This document shows positions 1 to 9,126 of a stretch of DNA of 64,000 bases, one piece after another. Both the position numbers and the translations under genes were made by a program. The notes below the pieces were generated by a model. It was not told the DNA's origin and ran no database searches. It was given only the letters and a program-made list of their open reading frames with translations. Each line of letters opens with the position of its first letter. The first letter of the stretch is position 1. This stretch comes from an uncultured Chloroflexia bacterium (GTDB taxonomy: Bacteria > Chloroflexota > Limnocylindria > QHBO01): the NCBI GenBank assembly GCA_963825525.1, contig CAWGTN010000002.1, forward strand, positions 1,088,001 through 1,152,000. Direction: 5' to 3'.

Positions 1-1
1 G

Positions 2-715
2 ATCGCGATCCAGCATGGCCTGCCGCAGGCGCGGGTGGGCCTGGTTCCGGTGGTGGCGGACACCGTCGCCGTCTGGTCATCGGAATCACGCGACTGGTTC
101 CTCAGCCACGATACTGACCCGGGCCGCGTCGCGGTCACCGGGAACCCGCGATGGTCCGGGGCAGCACACGGCCCGAGTCGGGCAACGCCCACGGTCGTGG
201 TTGCCCTGTCGCCGACTGACGTCGGGGCCAACCGTGCCGCTGTCCGCATGGCGATCTCCGCCGTCGAGCGCGCGCCGGAGTCAATGCGCCTGATCGTCAA
301 GCTTCATCCCGGCCACCGTGACTGGGGCTGGGTGCGCGAAGAGATCGGCGATCGACGCTCGGTTCGCGCGGTGATGCACGAACCGATCGAACCACTGCTC
401 GAGGCTGCGCAGGTCGTCATCGTGCTGCGATCGACCGTGGCCATGGATGCATTGGCCGCGGGGACGCCGGTTGTCCTGCTGCGCGTTCCGCATGGGTCGA
501 GCGCCGCGGACCTGGAGCTCGCCGGATTGGGGCTGCCGGTCGCGTCCGATTCGGAGCAGCTGGGGCGCGAGCTCGCGGCGCTGCGAGGGACAGCGGCGCG
601 AGACCGCTATTTCGCAGATCGCTCATCGGCGCTCCAGGCATACCTGGGACCGGTCGGGTCCGGGGCGGCCACGATCGCCGCGCTCGCCGCGGATGGCTCC
701 TCGACACGCCGCTGA
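2..715 (+). CDS. 5'-truncated GT-B fold surface-polysaccharide enzyme (CDP-glycerol glycerophosphotransferase/capsule-synthesis-like)
   Basis: Frame open from window edge (IAIQHGLPQ...). Motifs QHG, VTGNPRW, LIVKLHP and STVAMDALAAGTPV are typical of TagB/TagF-like and capsule-modifying GT-B enzymes. Lies in a polysaccharide locus. Confidence 0.55.
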   Translation: MAIQHGLPQARVGLVPVVADTVAVWSSESRDWFLSHDTDPGRVAVTGNPRWSGAAHGPSRATPTVVVALSPTDVGANRAAVRMAISAVERAPESMRLIVKLHPGHRDWGWVREEIGDRRSVRAVMHEPIEPLLEAAQVVIVLRSTVAMDALAAGTPVVLLRVPHGSSAADLELAGLGLPVASDSEQLGRELAALRGTAARDRYFADRSSALQAYLGPVGSGAATIAALAADGSSTRR

Positions 716-733
716 TCACGGCGGGCGCGCGCT

Positions 734-2080
734 CTACGGCGTGGTCGCGCCGCCGGCCGACGCATTATCGAAGATCCGCGCTCCCAGCTCCAGGATGGCC
801 TCGAAATCGGGAATGAGGATGTAGCCGGCCGCACTGTTGGTCTCCACGGTCACGTACCCGTCGTCGGGCGTGAGCACCACCTGCTCGAGTGAGCCGAGGT
901 CGGCGTCCTGGGCCTCGGCGGCGATGGCCGGGATGCGATCCGATGGGATATCGGTGGCGACGTTGTCGCGGATGGCGTCGAGCAGTCCGGGAAGCGTGAC
1001 CAGCAGGTTGCCGGCCGTCAGCTTCTCGGCAATGGCGGTCAGCAGGACCTGCTGGCGGGCCGCGCGGGTGAAGTCGCTGTCCCCGGCCCCGAGGCGTGAT
1101 CGGGCGAACGCCAGGGCGGCCTGCCCGTCGAGATGGTGGCGACCCGGCGAGATATAGAAGCCACGCGTGCCGGTGAGCGTGTCGACGTACCGCGGGTCGT
1201 CGATCGCTCGCTCGACGAAGACCTCGACGCCGCCGATGGTGTCGACCACCTGCCGCATGCCGTCGATGTCGATCGCCGCGAAATAGTGAATTCGGGTGCC
1301 GAGCAGCTCCCCGATCGCCGCCTTGAGCGTGCCCGGCCCGCCGAGCGGGAACGTCTCGAGATCGGCGCCCGCCGATGACATGAGCGAGTTCAGCTTCGCG
1401 TTGTACACCCGCCCGTCACCGAGCGGCACGCCGTACAGATCGCGCGGCACCGAGATCATGGCGCCCTCCCCGGTGTGCGGGTCCAGCGTGGCGACGAGCA
1501 TCGTGTCGGTCAGGTGCTCGTCGCGCCCCTGGGCGAAATCAATGCCCACCAGCAGGACGGTGAGCCGCTCTCCGAGACCCAGATCGGGCTGGAACGAGGG
1601 TGTCGAGATGGCCACATCCTCGCCTCCCCGATCATCGAACAGTGCGCCGCCACCCTCCAGGGCCACCGAGTCGAGGGCATCGATCGCCTTCGACGCGTAG
1701 TAGGCGGGCACGCCGTGCATCGCGACGGTCACGATCACGAGAACCGCGGTGAGCCAGGTCGGCCACGAATGGACGTCGAAGCGCGAGCGCTCGTGATGGG
1801 CCTGGAGGATCGAGACGAGACGCCAGCCGAGGAGCGCCAGGTCGAGCACGATGAGCGCGATAAGAACCCGAACGTCGAGCATGCGACTGATGGCGGCCGT
1901 CCCGCCCTGCGCGACCACGATCAGGATGAGCGCCACCACCAGCACCACGGGCAGGGCGAACAGCGACGCCAGGGCCCACTGGCGGTTGTAGGCCTGGCCG
2001 ACGCCGGGGAAGACGAACGAGAGCAGCGCCGCCGCCGCGGAGCGCGAGCCCGCGGGGTGCGCTGGACGTGATCGGATCAC
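734..2080 (-). CDS. LCP (LytR-CpsA-Psr) family glycopolymer ligase with several N-terminal TM helices
   Basis: LLVGID...LTDTMLVA...ISVPRDLY, KLNS, ALAFARSR...DSDFTRAARQQ motifs. GTG start at 2080 after GGAG. Confidence 0.9.
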   Translation of the reverse strand: MIRSRPAHPAGSRSAAAALLSFVFPGVGQAYNRQWALASLFALPVVLVVALILIVVAQGGTAAISRMLDVRVLIALIVLDLALLGWRLVSILQAHHERSRFDVHSWPTWLTAVLVIVTVAMHGVPAYYASKAIDALDSVALEGGGALFDDRGGEDVAISTPSFQPDLGLGERLTVLLVGIDFAQGRDEHLTDTMLVATLDPHTGEGAMISVPRDLYGVPLGDGRVYNAKLNSLMSSAGADLETFPLGGPGTLKAAIGELLGTRIHYFAAIDIDGMRQVVDTIGGVEVFVERAIDDPRYVDTLTGTRGFYISPGRHHLDGQAALAFARSRLGAGDSDFTRAARQQVLLTAIAEKLTAGNLLVTLPGLLDAIRDNVATDIPSDRIPAIAAEAQDADLGSLEQVVLTPDDGYVTVETNSAAGYILIPDFEAILELGARIFDNASAGGATTP

Positions 2081-2171
2081 TGAACTCCGGGTGACAGAGG
2101 GCGGCGAGGGCGAGTATACCCAGACGCCGCCGCACGACCAGATGTTGCGACCGATCCGGCATACTGCGGCC

Positions 2172-2705
2172 ATGACAGCCGCGTCGCCTCGCGGTCCGGT
2201 GGAGGTCACCGTCGAGATCCCGTCCGGCAGCCGCAACAAGTACGAGTACGACCACGTACGCCACCGTTTCGTGCTGGATCGCACGCTCTACTCGAGCGTC
2301 CACTACCCGTGCGACTACGGATTCATCGAGGGCAGCATGGCCGATGACGGAGACCCGCTCGACGTGCTCGTCGTCCTTGCCGAGCCGACGTTCCCCGGCT
2401 GCGTTGTCCGTGTCCGGCCCATCGGCGTGCTCGACATGGCCGATGAGAAGGGCCACGACTTCAAGATCCTGGCGGTGGCGTCGGACGATCCGCGCTGGGA
2501 TGCCATGCACAAGCTCGAGGACCTCTCGCCGCATCGGCTGCTCGAGATCGAGAACTTCTTCAAGACCTACAAGACGCTCGAGAAGCGGCCGACGGACGTG
2601 CGCGGCTGGCTCGGCGTCGATGACGCGTGGCGAATCATCGACGCGGCGATGGCCACCGGGGCGAGTGGCGACCCCTCGGCATCGGCTCCGGGAACCTGGC
2701 GCTAG
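2172..2705 (+). CDS. ppa: Inorganic pyrophosphatase (family I)
   Basis: EIPSGSRNKYEYD, YPCDYGFI, DGDPLDVLV, FFKTYKTLE. ATG at 2172 is 6 nt after CATACT. Confidence 0.95.
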   Translation: MTAASPRGPVEVTVEIPSGSRNKYEYDHVRHRFVLDRTLYSSVHYPCDYGFIEGSMADDGDPLDVLVVLAEPTFPGCVVRVRPIGVLDMADEKGHDFKILAVASDDPRWDAMHKLEDLSPHRLLEIENFFKTYKTLEKRPTDVRGWLGVDDAWRIIDAAMATGASGDPSASAPGTWR

Positions 2706-2708
2706 CGG

Positions 2709-4025
2709 TCAGCTCCAGCCGGCTCCGAGCCGGAGCACCTGGCCGGGTCTTACCTTCCGATCGCGCGACGCGTCGCGCGTGTCGACGATGAGATCGGCCC
2801 GGGCGAAGACCGCGTCCCAGTCGATGTCGCGATGCGCGGTCACGATGACGACGCAATCCGGCTCGGCCCCCAGCCCGTCCTCAAGCGAGACGCTCTCCAG
2901 TGGCGTACCGCCCACGCCGGGGACCTCGTGGCTGGCGCCGGGATCGAAGGCAGGGAGACGCGGGTCGTGGTAGCTGACCTCGGCGCCCGCGGCCTGGAGG
3001 CCGGCGATGATCGGCGCGGCCGGAGAATTCCGGTCGTCCGACACATCGGGCTTGAAGGCCACCCCGAGCACGAGGATCCTGGCGCCGCGCAGCGCCCTGC
3101 CGCGTGAGTTGAGGGCGGTCATGACCAGCGTGATGACGTGCTCGGGCATGCGCGAGTTGATGTCGCCGGCGGTCTCGATGAAGCGCTCGTGGAATCCGAC
3201 CTCGCGAGCGCGGGAGGCGAGGTAGTACGGATCGACCGGGATGCAGTGGCCGCCGACGCCCGGTCCGGGGAAGAACGGCATGAAGCCGAACGGCTTGGTG
3301 GAGGCGCCCCGGATGACCTCCCACACGTCGAGGCCGAGCCGCTCACAGATCAGCGCCAGCTCGTTGACGAGCGCAATGTTCACGTTGCGGAAGACGTTCT
3401 CGAACAGCTTCGCCAGCTCCGCGGCATCCGGGCTCGTCATCTCGGTCACCGACGGCGAGATGGGGCGCAGGATGGCGGCCGCTCGAGCCGTGGTCGCCTC
3501 GTCGATGCCGCCGACCAGGCGAGGGATGCTCGACGACGGCCGTCCCTCACCCGGACTGACACGTTCCGGAGAGAAGGCAAGGCCGAAGTCCGCGCCGGCG
3601 CGCAGGCCATCCTCCTCGAGCAGGGACCGCAGCGGGCCCATGGTGGTGCCGGGATACGTGGTGCTCTGGAGAACGACGAGGTCGCCCTGGCGCAGCCCGC
3701 GCCGGACATAGGCGCCGGCCGCCCTGATCGGGCCGAGATCGGGCTCGCGGCTGGCGGTGACCGGCGTCGGAACGCAGATGAAGGCGACACTGGCATCGGT
3801 CCAGTCCGTCTCGGGGGTGACCGGCGTGAAGCTCCCGTTGTCGATGGCCGCGGCGATCCGCGCGCCGTCGACATCATCGATGTAGCTCACGCCGCCACGC
3901 AGCTGATCGAGACGCTCCGCGGAAGCATCCACGCCCATGACCCGGTGCCCGGCGTCAGCCAGGTCAAGCGCCAGTGGCAGGCCGACGTAGCCAAGGCCCA
4001 CCACGGCCACCGCCTCATCCGCCAT
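2709..4025 (-). CDS. UDP-N-acetylhexosamine/nucleotide-sugar 6-dehydrogenase
   Basis: GLGYVGLPLA, ICVPTP, STTYPGTT, FSPER, KLFENVFRNVNIALVNE, GVGGHCIP. AAGGAGG RBS before ATG at 4025. Confidence 0.9.
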   Translation of the reverse strand: MADEAVAVVGLGYVGLPLALDLADAGHRVMGVDASAERLDQLRGGVSYIDDVDGARIAAAIDNGSFTPVTPETDWTDASVAFICVPTPVTASREPDLGPIRAAGAYVRRGLRQGDLVVLQSTTYPGTTMGPLRSLLEEDGLRAGADFGLAFSPERVSPGEGRPSSSIPRLVGGIDEATTARAAAILRPISPSVTEMTSPDAAELAKLFENVFRNVNIALVNELALICERLGLDVWEVIRGASTKPFGFMPFFPGPGVGGHCIPVDPYYLASRAREVGFHERFIETAGDINSRMPEHVITLVMTALNSRGRALRGARILVLGVAFKPDVSDDRNSPAAPIIAGLQAAGAEVSYHDPRLPAFDPGASHEVPGVGGTPLESVSLEDGLGAEPDCVVIVTAHRDIDWDAVFARADLIVDTRDASRDRKVRPGQVLRLGAGWS

Positions 4026-4036
4026 GCCGACCTCCT

Positions 4037-5218
4037 TCATGCTGGATCTCCGATTCTCCGATATCGACGCAGCAGCTCGTCGGCCGAAGTCTGCCAGTTG
4101 AAGCGCTCGGTGACGGCCTGGCGGCCCCGGTCCCCCATGGCGCGCGCCGTCGCCGGATCGTCGAGGATGTTCCGCAGGGCGGCCGCCACCGCCGCGGGGT
4201 CCTCTGGATTGACCACGACTCCGGCGCCGCTCCCCTCGACCACGTCGCGAACGTCGGGAAAGTCGCTCGACACCTGAGGAATGCCTGCCGCCATGTACTG
4301 GAACAGCTTGTTGGGAAGCGCCAGGCGATAGCTCAGTGAGGCGGGCTGAACGATGGACACCCCGACCGTCGCCGAGGCGGCGAACGGAACCACCTCGCCG
4401 GACGGGACGGACGGGACGAGATGCGCGCGATCGGTCAGGGATCGGCGCGCGATCTCGGCCGCGATCTCCTCGGTCGAACCGCCGCCGGCGCCGAGGCAGA
4501 CCAGGTGTGCCTGCGGCAGCTGCTCCATGGCCGCGACGAGCTGCTCCAGGCCGCGGTGCGGCATGATGCCGCCGATGTAGAGCACGATCGGCGCGTCCGG
4601 AGGGACGGTCGAAGCTGCGGGCAGCTCGCGAAGGTCGCGCCGGACGACCGGTGCGGACTCGGTCGGATAGTTCGGGACGATGGCGACGTCGCTCACCCCG
4701 TACCGGCGCTCGAGCTCCGGCCCGACGCCGGGATTGGCGACCATCACGAACGCCGCCCGGGGCACGTAGCGCGCCTCGACCCGGCCGTACCACTGCCGGT
4801 TCAGGAAGTCATAGGCCGGCGACCGGCCGCGTGCCGTGCGCCCGAGCCACAGCTCGTGCGAGTCGTAGACGAACGGGATGCGCATCGCGCTCGCCAGCGG
4901 GCCGATGACGGCCAGTGCATCGGCGTCGTGCGCGTGAAGGATGTCGGGGCGGGTGCGGCGCACTGCCGCCGAGAGACGGCCGTGATGCATGGCGAAGCGC
5001 AGGCCCGGAACGCGCGGGCCGCGGCGCGAGATGCGGTGGACCGACGCTCCGTCGCGCTGCTCCGAGGACGGCAGGTCCGCCCGACCATCGGCGATGATGG
5101 TGACCGCGTAGCCGGCATCCATCAGGGTCCGCGCCTCACGTTCGACGCGCGTGTCGTTGGTGAACGGGTTTCTGACGAGCATCGTGACCCGGGGGCGGGA
5201 TGCGGTGCGCGAGGACAT
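4037..5218 (-). CDS. Glycosyltransferase family 4
   Basis: DTRVEREA N-terminus, HAHD, YDSHE, LPNKLFQYMAAGIPQV. Confidence 0.85.
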   Translation of the reverse strand: MSSRTASRPRVTMLVRNPFTNDTRVEREARTLMDAGYAVTIIADGRADLPSSEQRDGASVHRISRRGPRVPGLRFAMHHGRLSAAVRRTRPDILHAHDADALAVIGPLASAMRIPFVYDSHELWLGRTARGRSPAYDFLNRQWYGRVEARYVPRAAFVMVANPGVGPELERRYGVSDVAIVPNYPTESAPVVRRDLRELPAASTVPPDAPIVLYIGGIMPHRGLEQLVAAMEQLPQAHLVCLGAGGGSTEEIAAEIARRSLTDRAHLVPSVPSGEVVPFAASATVGVSIVQPASLSYRLALPNKLFQYMAAGIPQVSSDFPDVRDVVEGSGAGVVVNPEDPAAVAAALRNILDDPATARAMGDRGRQAVTERFNWQTSADELLRRYRRIGDPA

Positions 5219-5283
5219 CGGCCTAGCCTAGCCGAGCCGTGGAATCGCGAGCGGCGGCATACTGGCGCCATGAGGAGCCACGC

Positions 5284-6195
5284 GTGAGAGTGCTGGTCAC
5301 CGGGGCCACCGGCTTCGTCGGCGGGCACCTGGTACGGGAGCTGACGGTGGCCGGCCACGAGGTCGTGGCTGCCCCGGCGGCACGTGATCTGGACATCGCC
5401 GACGCACCGGCCGTTCGCGCCTTCGTCTCAGCGGCGCAACCGCAGGTGATCGCCCACCTCGCGGCGGTGGCATCCAGCCAGAGAGCGGCCGGCAACACGG
5501 AGCTCGCCGTCCGCACGAACCTCGGCGGAACGCTGGCGGTGGCACGGGCGATCTCGGCCGTCGATCCTCGGCCCGGGCTCCTCCTCGTCTCCTCGGCGGA
5601 GGTCTATGCGACCCCGGCCGACGCCGCCGTCGCCATCGACGAGAGCTCGCCGACCACGCCGCGCGGCACGTACGGGCTGCTCAAGCTGGCACAGGAGGCA
5701 ATTGCGCTCGAACGTTCCGCCGAGGACGGATTCCCGCTCGTGATCGTCCGACCCTTCAACCACGTGGGGCCTGGGCAGCCCCCGATCGCCGCGGTGCCGT
5801 CCTTCGCCGCCGGCATCGTCTCCATTCGTGAGGGCACGGCAGACCGGTTGCGGGTGGGAAACCTGGACGTGGAGCGCGACATCGGAGACGTGCGCGACGT
5901 TGCGGCGGCCTATCGGCTCCTCCTGGAGGGGCTGGTGGAGGGCACCCGGGGCAGGCCGGCGGAAACGTTCAACGTATCGACGGGGACGCCCACCCTGCTG
6001 CGATGGGTGGTCGAGGAGCTCGGGCGCCTGGCCTCCGTCGAGCCGATGGTGGTCGTGGACGAGACGCTCGTCCGAAGCGACGAACCGCGGCGCATCGTCG
6101 GGGACGCCACCCGCCTTCGCGACGCCACCGGCTGGCAACCACGGTTCGATCCGAGCACCACCCTCGCCGACCTGCTGGCAGCGCTGGGCGGCTGA
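5284..6195 (+). CDS. Extended SDR, GDP-4-keto-6-deoxy-sugar reductase (Rmd-like)/GDP-mannose dehydratase family
   Basis: VLVTGATGFVG, SSAEVY, YGLLK (YxxxK), RPFNHVGPGQ, VGNLDVERD. GAGGAG RBS before GTG at 5284. Confidence 0.75.
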   Translation: MRVLVTGATGFVGGHLVRELTVAGHEVVAAPAARDLDIADAPAVRAFVSAAQPQVIAHLAAVASSQRAAGNTELAVRTNLGGTLAVARAISAVDPRPGLLLVSSAEVYATPADAAVAIDESSPTTPRGTYGLLKLAQEAIALERSAEDGFPLVIVRPFNHVGPGQPPIAAVPSFAAGIVSIREGTADRLRVGNLDVERDIGDVRDVAAAYRLLLEGLVEGTRGRPAETFNVSTGTPTLLRWVVEELGRLASVEPMVVVDETLVRSDEPRRIVGDATRLRDATGWQPRFDPSTTLADLLAALGG

Positions 6196-6199
6196 GCCG

Positions 6200-7330
6200 G
6201 TGCCGAAGCCCCCCGGGCCACTCGAGCTCGTCTTCATCGCCAACCCGGGTCACATCCTGGTCCAGCGCTGGATCTCGTTCTTCGCGCGGCGGGGCCACCG
6301 GGTGACGGTGCTCGAGGGCTTCGGCAACGGCGCCGGAGCCGATCCGGGCCACGGGATCCGGGTGATTCGATACGAGGCCAGGAGCAGGGTCCCTCTGCCG
6401 TTTGCGTCGATGCTCCACGCACGGCGGACGGTCCGACAGCTGCTGCGCGAGATCGGCCCGGACGTGGTCCACGCCCACACCGTGCGTCCCTACGGATGGC
6501 AGGCGGGCGTCGCCGGCGTCCATCCCTACGTGATATCGACCTGGGGATCGGACGTCCTGCTTCCCCTCCCCGGCCGGCGGGCGCAGTTCTGGCAGCGGCG
6601 AACCCTCTCGCGGGCCGATCTCGTCACGGCCGTATCCCCGCACATGCGGGACGCGGCCATTCGGCACGGCGCTCGGCCGGAGCGCGTGGTCCAGGTTCAG
6701 TTCGGCGTGGACACTGCCCGCCATGCCCCCGCGTCAACGGTTCCGGCGGAAACCACGCGCCTCGGCCTCGATGGACGTCCGTTCGTGTTCTCGCCTCGAG
6801 CAATGAAGCCGATCTACAACCACCGCACCATCCTGGATGCCTTCGCCCGCCTCACGGGCTCGCCGGTGCTGGTGATGACCGGCCGCAACGCCGATGCGGG
6901 CCACGCCGGCGAGCTCGGCGTCCAGATGGACGAGCTCGGAATTCGCGACCGGGTGCGGATCGTGGACGACGCCAGCGAGGACGAGATGCTGGCCCTCTAC
7001 CAGTCGGCGGCGGTCGTGGTCTCCGCTCCGCACAGCGACAGCTTTCCGCTCAGCCTGCTCGAGGCCATGGCCTGCGGCACGCCGGTCGTGGCCGGTGATC
7101 TCCCGCCGGTGAGGGCAGTGCTCGACCCGATCGCGCCCGACCGCGTGGTGGCCACTGGTGACGCATCGGCCATGGCTGCGGTGCTGGAATCGACCCTGGC
7201 CCTCGACCGGGACGCGCGCGAGAAGCTGGGACAGCGCCTGCGATCGGTCGTCATCGACACTGCGGACTACGAGACGAACATGCTGCGCATGGAGGGCCTG
7301 TACCGCGACCTGGCGGGCCGGAGCGTCTAG
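6200..7330 (+). CDS. Glycosyltransferase family 4
   Basis: VHAH, STWGSDV, FGVD, SDSFPLSLLEAMACGTPVV. Real start is GTG 6200; the upstream part of the track ORF overlaps the previous gene. Confidence 0.85.
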   Translation: MPKPPGPLELVFIANPGHILVQRWISFFARRGHRVTVLEGFGNGAGADPGHGIRVIRYEARSRVPLPFASMLHARRTVRQLLREIGPDVVHAHTVRPYGWQAGVAGVHPYVISTWGSDVLLPLPGRRAQFWQRRTLSRADLVTAVSPHMRDAAIRHGARPERVVQVQFGVDTARHAPASTVPAETTRLGLDGRPFVFSPRAMKPIYNHRTILDAFARLTGSPVLVMTGRNADAGHAGELGVQMDELGIRDRVRIVDDASEDEMLALYQSAAVVVSAPHSDSFPLSLLEAMACGTPVVAGDLPPVRAVLDPIAPDRVVATGDASAMAAVLESTLALDRDAREKLGQRLRSVVIDTADYETNMLRMEGLYRDLAGRSV

Positions 7331-8049
7331 CGCTCGGGAAGAAGTCGGGACCGGATCTCCGCGAACTCGACATTGGCGCGGTCGTAGTCCTCCGGCCGGC
7401 CGATGTCGAGCCAGAACCCGTCGAAGTCATGGCTGAGCGGACCGGCATCGGCCTCGATGAGATCACGCATGAGCCCGTCGAATCCCAGCGGACTGCCGGC
7501 CGAATAGCGTTGCAGCGTCGATCGGCTGACGGCGTAGACGCCGATGGCAACCGTGTACGGGATCGCCGGCTTCTCTCGGAATCCGACAACGCGTCCGCCC
7601 TCCACGTCCAGGACGCCGAACTCGATGCGCGCCTCGCGCCGTGCGGTCGCCACCGTGATCGGCGCACCGCTGGCGGCGTGCGTGGCGAGCATGGCCGCGT
7701 AGTCCATCTCGGTCAGCGTGTCGCCGTTGAGGACCAGGAAGTGCTCCGGCAATCGATCGGCGACCTGCACCACCGGGCCCATGGTGCCCAGCGGCTCCTG
7801 CTCACGCGCATAGTCGATCGCCAGGCCCCACTGCGATCCGTCGCCGACGTAGGCCTCGATCAGCTCGCCGAAGTGGCCGATCGCGAGCGTCGCGGAGCCG
7901 AAGCCCTGGTGCGCCAGCTGACGGATCACGATCTCGAGCACCGAGCTCTCGTCGCCGATGGGAACCAGCGGCTTCGGCAGCGTGATGGTGAACGGCCGAA
8001 GGCGGGTGCCCTTGCCGCCCGCCAGGATGACCGCGTGCGGCGCGGTCAC
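7327..8049 (-). CDS. Sugar-1-phosphate nucleotidyltransferase (probably guanylyltransferase, PtmE/GMPP-like)
   Basis: AVILAGGKGTRLRPFT...LPKPLVPIG, EPLGTMG, LNGD, WLDIGRPEDY. Translationally coupled to the upstream dehydratase (GTGA overlap). Confidence 0.85.
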   Translation of the reverse strand: MTAPHAVILAGGKGTRLRPFTITLPKPLVPIGDESSVLEIVIRQLAHQGFGSATLAIGHFGELIEAYVGDGSQWGLAIDYAREQEPLGTMGPVVQVADRLPEHFLVLNGDTLTEMDYAAMLATHAASGAPITVATARREARIEFGVLDVEGGRVVGFREKPAIPYTVAIGVYAVSRSTLQRYSAGSPLGFDGLMRDLIEADAGPLSHDFDGFWLDIGRPEDYDRANVEFAEIRSRLLPER

Positions 8050-9035
8050 AGCGTGAACCGATCCGTGCGGTAGCGCGCCAGGTTCTCCGGCCGGGTGAAC
8101 CAGTCGATGGTGACGTCCAGCCCGGTCTCAAGCGTGTGGTCGGGCGACCAGCCGGTCAGGGTGCGCAGGCGAGTCGAGTCGCTAACCAGGCGCATCACCT
8201 CGGACGCGTCCGGGCGCATCCGCTCCTCCTGGCGCGCGAGCTTCAACGGCCGCCCCATCCGATCGGCGATGAGCTGCGCGAGGTCGCCGATCGAGATCTC
8301 GTTGCCGGTTCCGGCGTTCAGCACCTTGCCGGCCACCGCCTCGAGCGGCGCGTCGGCCGCGGCCATGAAGGCGCGTGCGGTGTCGCCGGCGAAGGTCAGG
8401 TCGCGGGTCGGGGTCAGCGCACCGAGCGCCACCTCCTCGTGGCCCGCCGCCAGCTGGGTGATGATCGTCGGGATCACCGCGCGGGTCGATTGCCGCGGGC
8501 CGTAGGTGTTGAACGGGCGAAGCGTGACGACCGGCACTCCGAACGCGGCGTGGTAGCTCTCCGCCAGCTTGTCGGCCGCGACCTTGGTGGCCGAGTACGG
8601 CGACTGGGCCTGGATCGGATGGTCCTCGTCGATCGGGACGCGCAGCGCGGTTCCGTAGACCTCGCTGGTCGAGGTGTGGACCATCCTCGGCGTGCCGAGC
8701 TCGCGCACGGCCTCGAGCACGTTCATGGTTCCACCCGCGTTCGTCTCGAGATACGAGTGCGGCGCGTGATAGGAGTACGGAATGGCGATGAGGGCTGCCA
8801 GGTGGTAGACGACATCCGCGTCGCCGATGAACTCGCGCGTGGCCCGCGGGTCCCGCACGTCTCCCATGACCACCTCGACCGAGGCAAGCACCTCGGGAGG
8901 CAGCGTGTCCAGCCAGCCGTGGGAGTCGAACGAGTTGTAGAGCACCAGGGCGCGGACCCGAGCGCCGCTCGCAACGAGCGCCTCGACCAGGTGCGAACCG
9001 ATGAATCCCTCAGCGCCGGTGACCGCTGCAAGCAC
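8046..9035 (-). CDS. NAD-dependent nucleotide-sugar 4,6-dehydratase (LegB-like)
   Basis: TGAEGFIGSHL, YNSF..HGWL, HLAALIAIPYSY, HTSTSEVYG, QSPYSATK, RPFNTYGPRQS.RAVIPTIITQ, which I recognise as the LegB-type signature. Confidence 0.8.
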   Translation of the reverse strand: MLAAVTGAEGFIGSHLVEALVASGARVRALVLYNSFDSHGWLDTLPPEVLASVEVVMGDVRDPRATREFIGDADVVYHLAALIAIPYSYHAPHSYLETNAGGTMNVLEAVRELGTPRMVHTSTSEVYGTALRVPIDEDHPIQAQSPYSATKVAADKLAESYHAAFGVPVVTLRPFNTYGPRQSTRAVIPTIITQLAAGHEEVALGALTPTRDLTFAGDTARAFMAAADAPLEAVAGKVLNAGTGNEISIGDLAQLIADRMGRPLKLARQEERMRPDASEVMRLVSDSTRLRTLTGWSPDHTLETGLDVTIDWFTRPENLARYRTDRFTL

Positions 9036-9126
9036 GCCGTTTCCTCGTGAGTCGATGGGCTTCGAACGTGCGCCAGTATGGCGGAGGCCGGTCGCTGCAC
9101 GACGGCCACGGGTACAATCCGCGACC

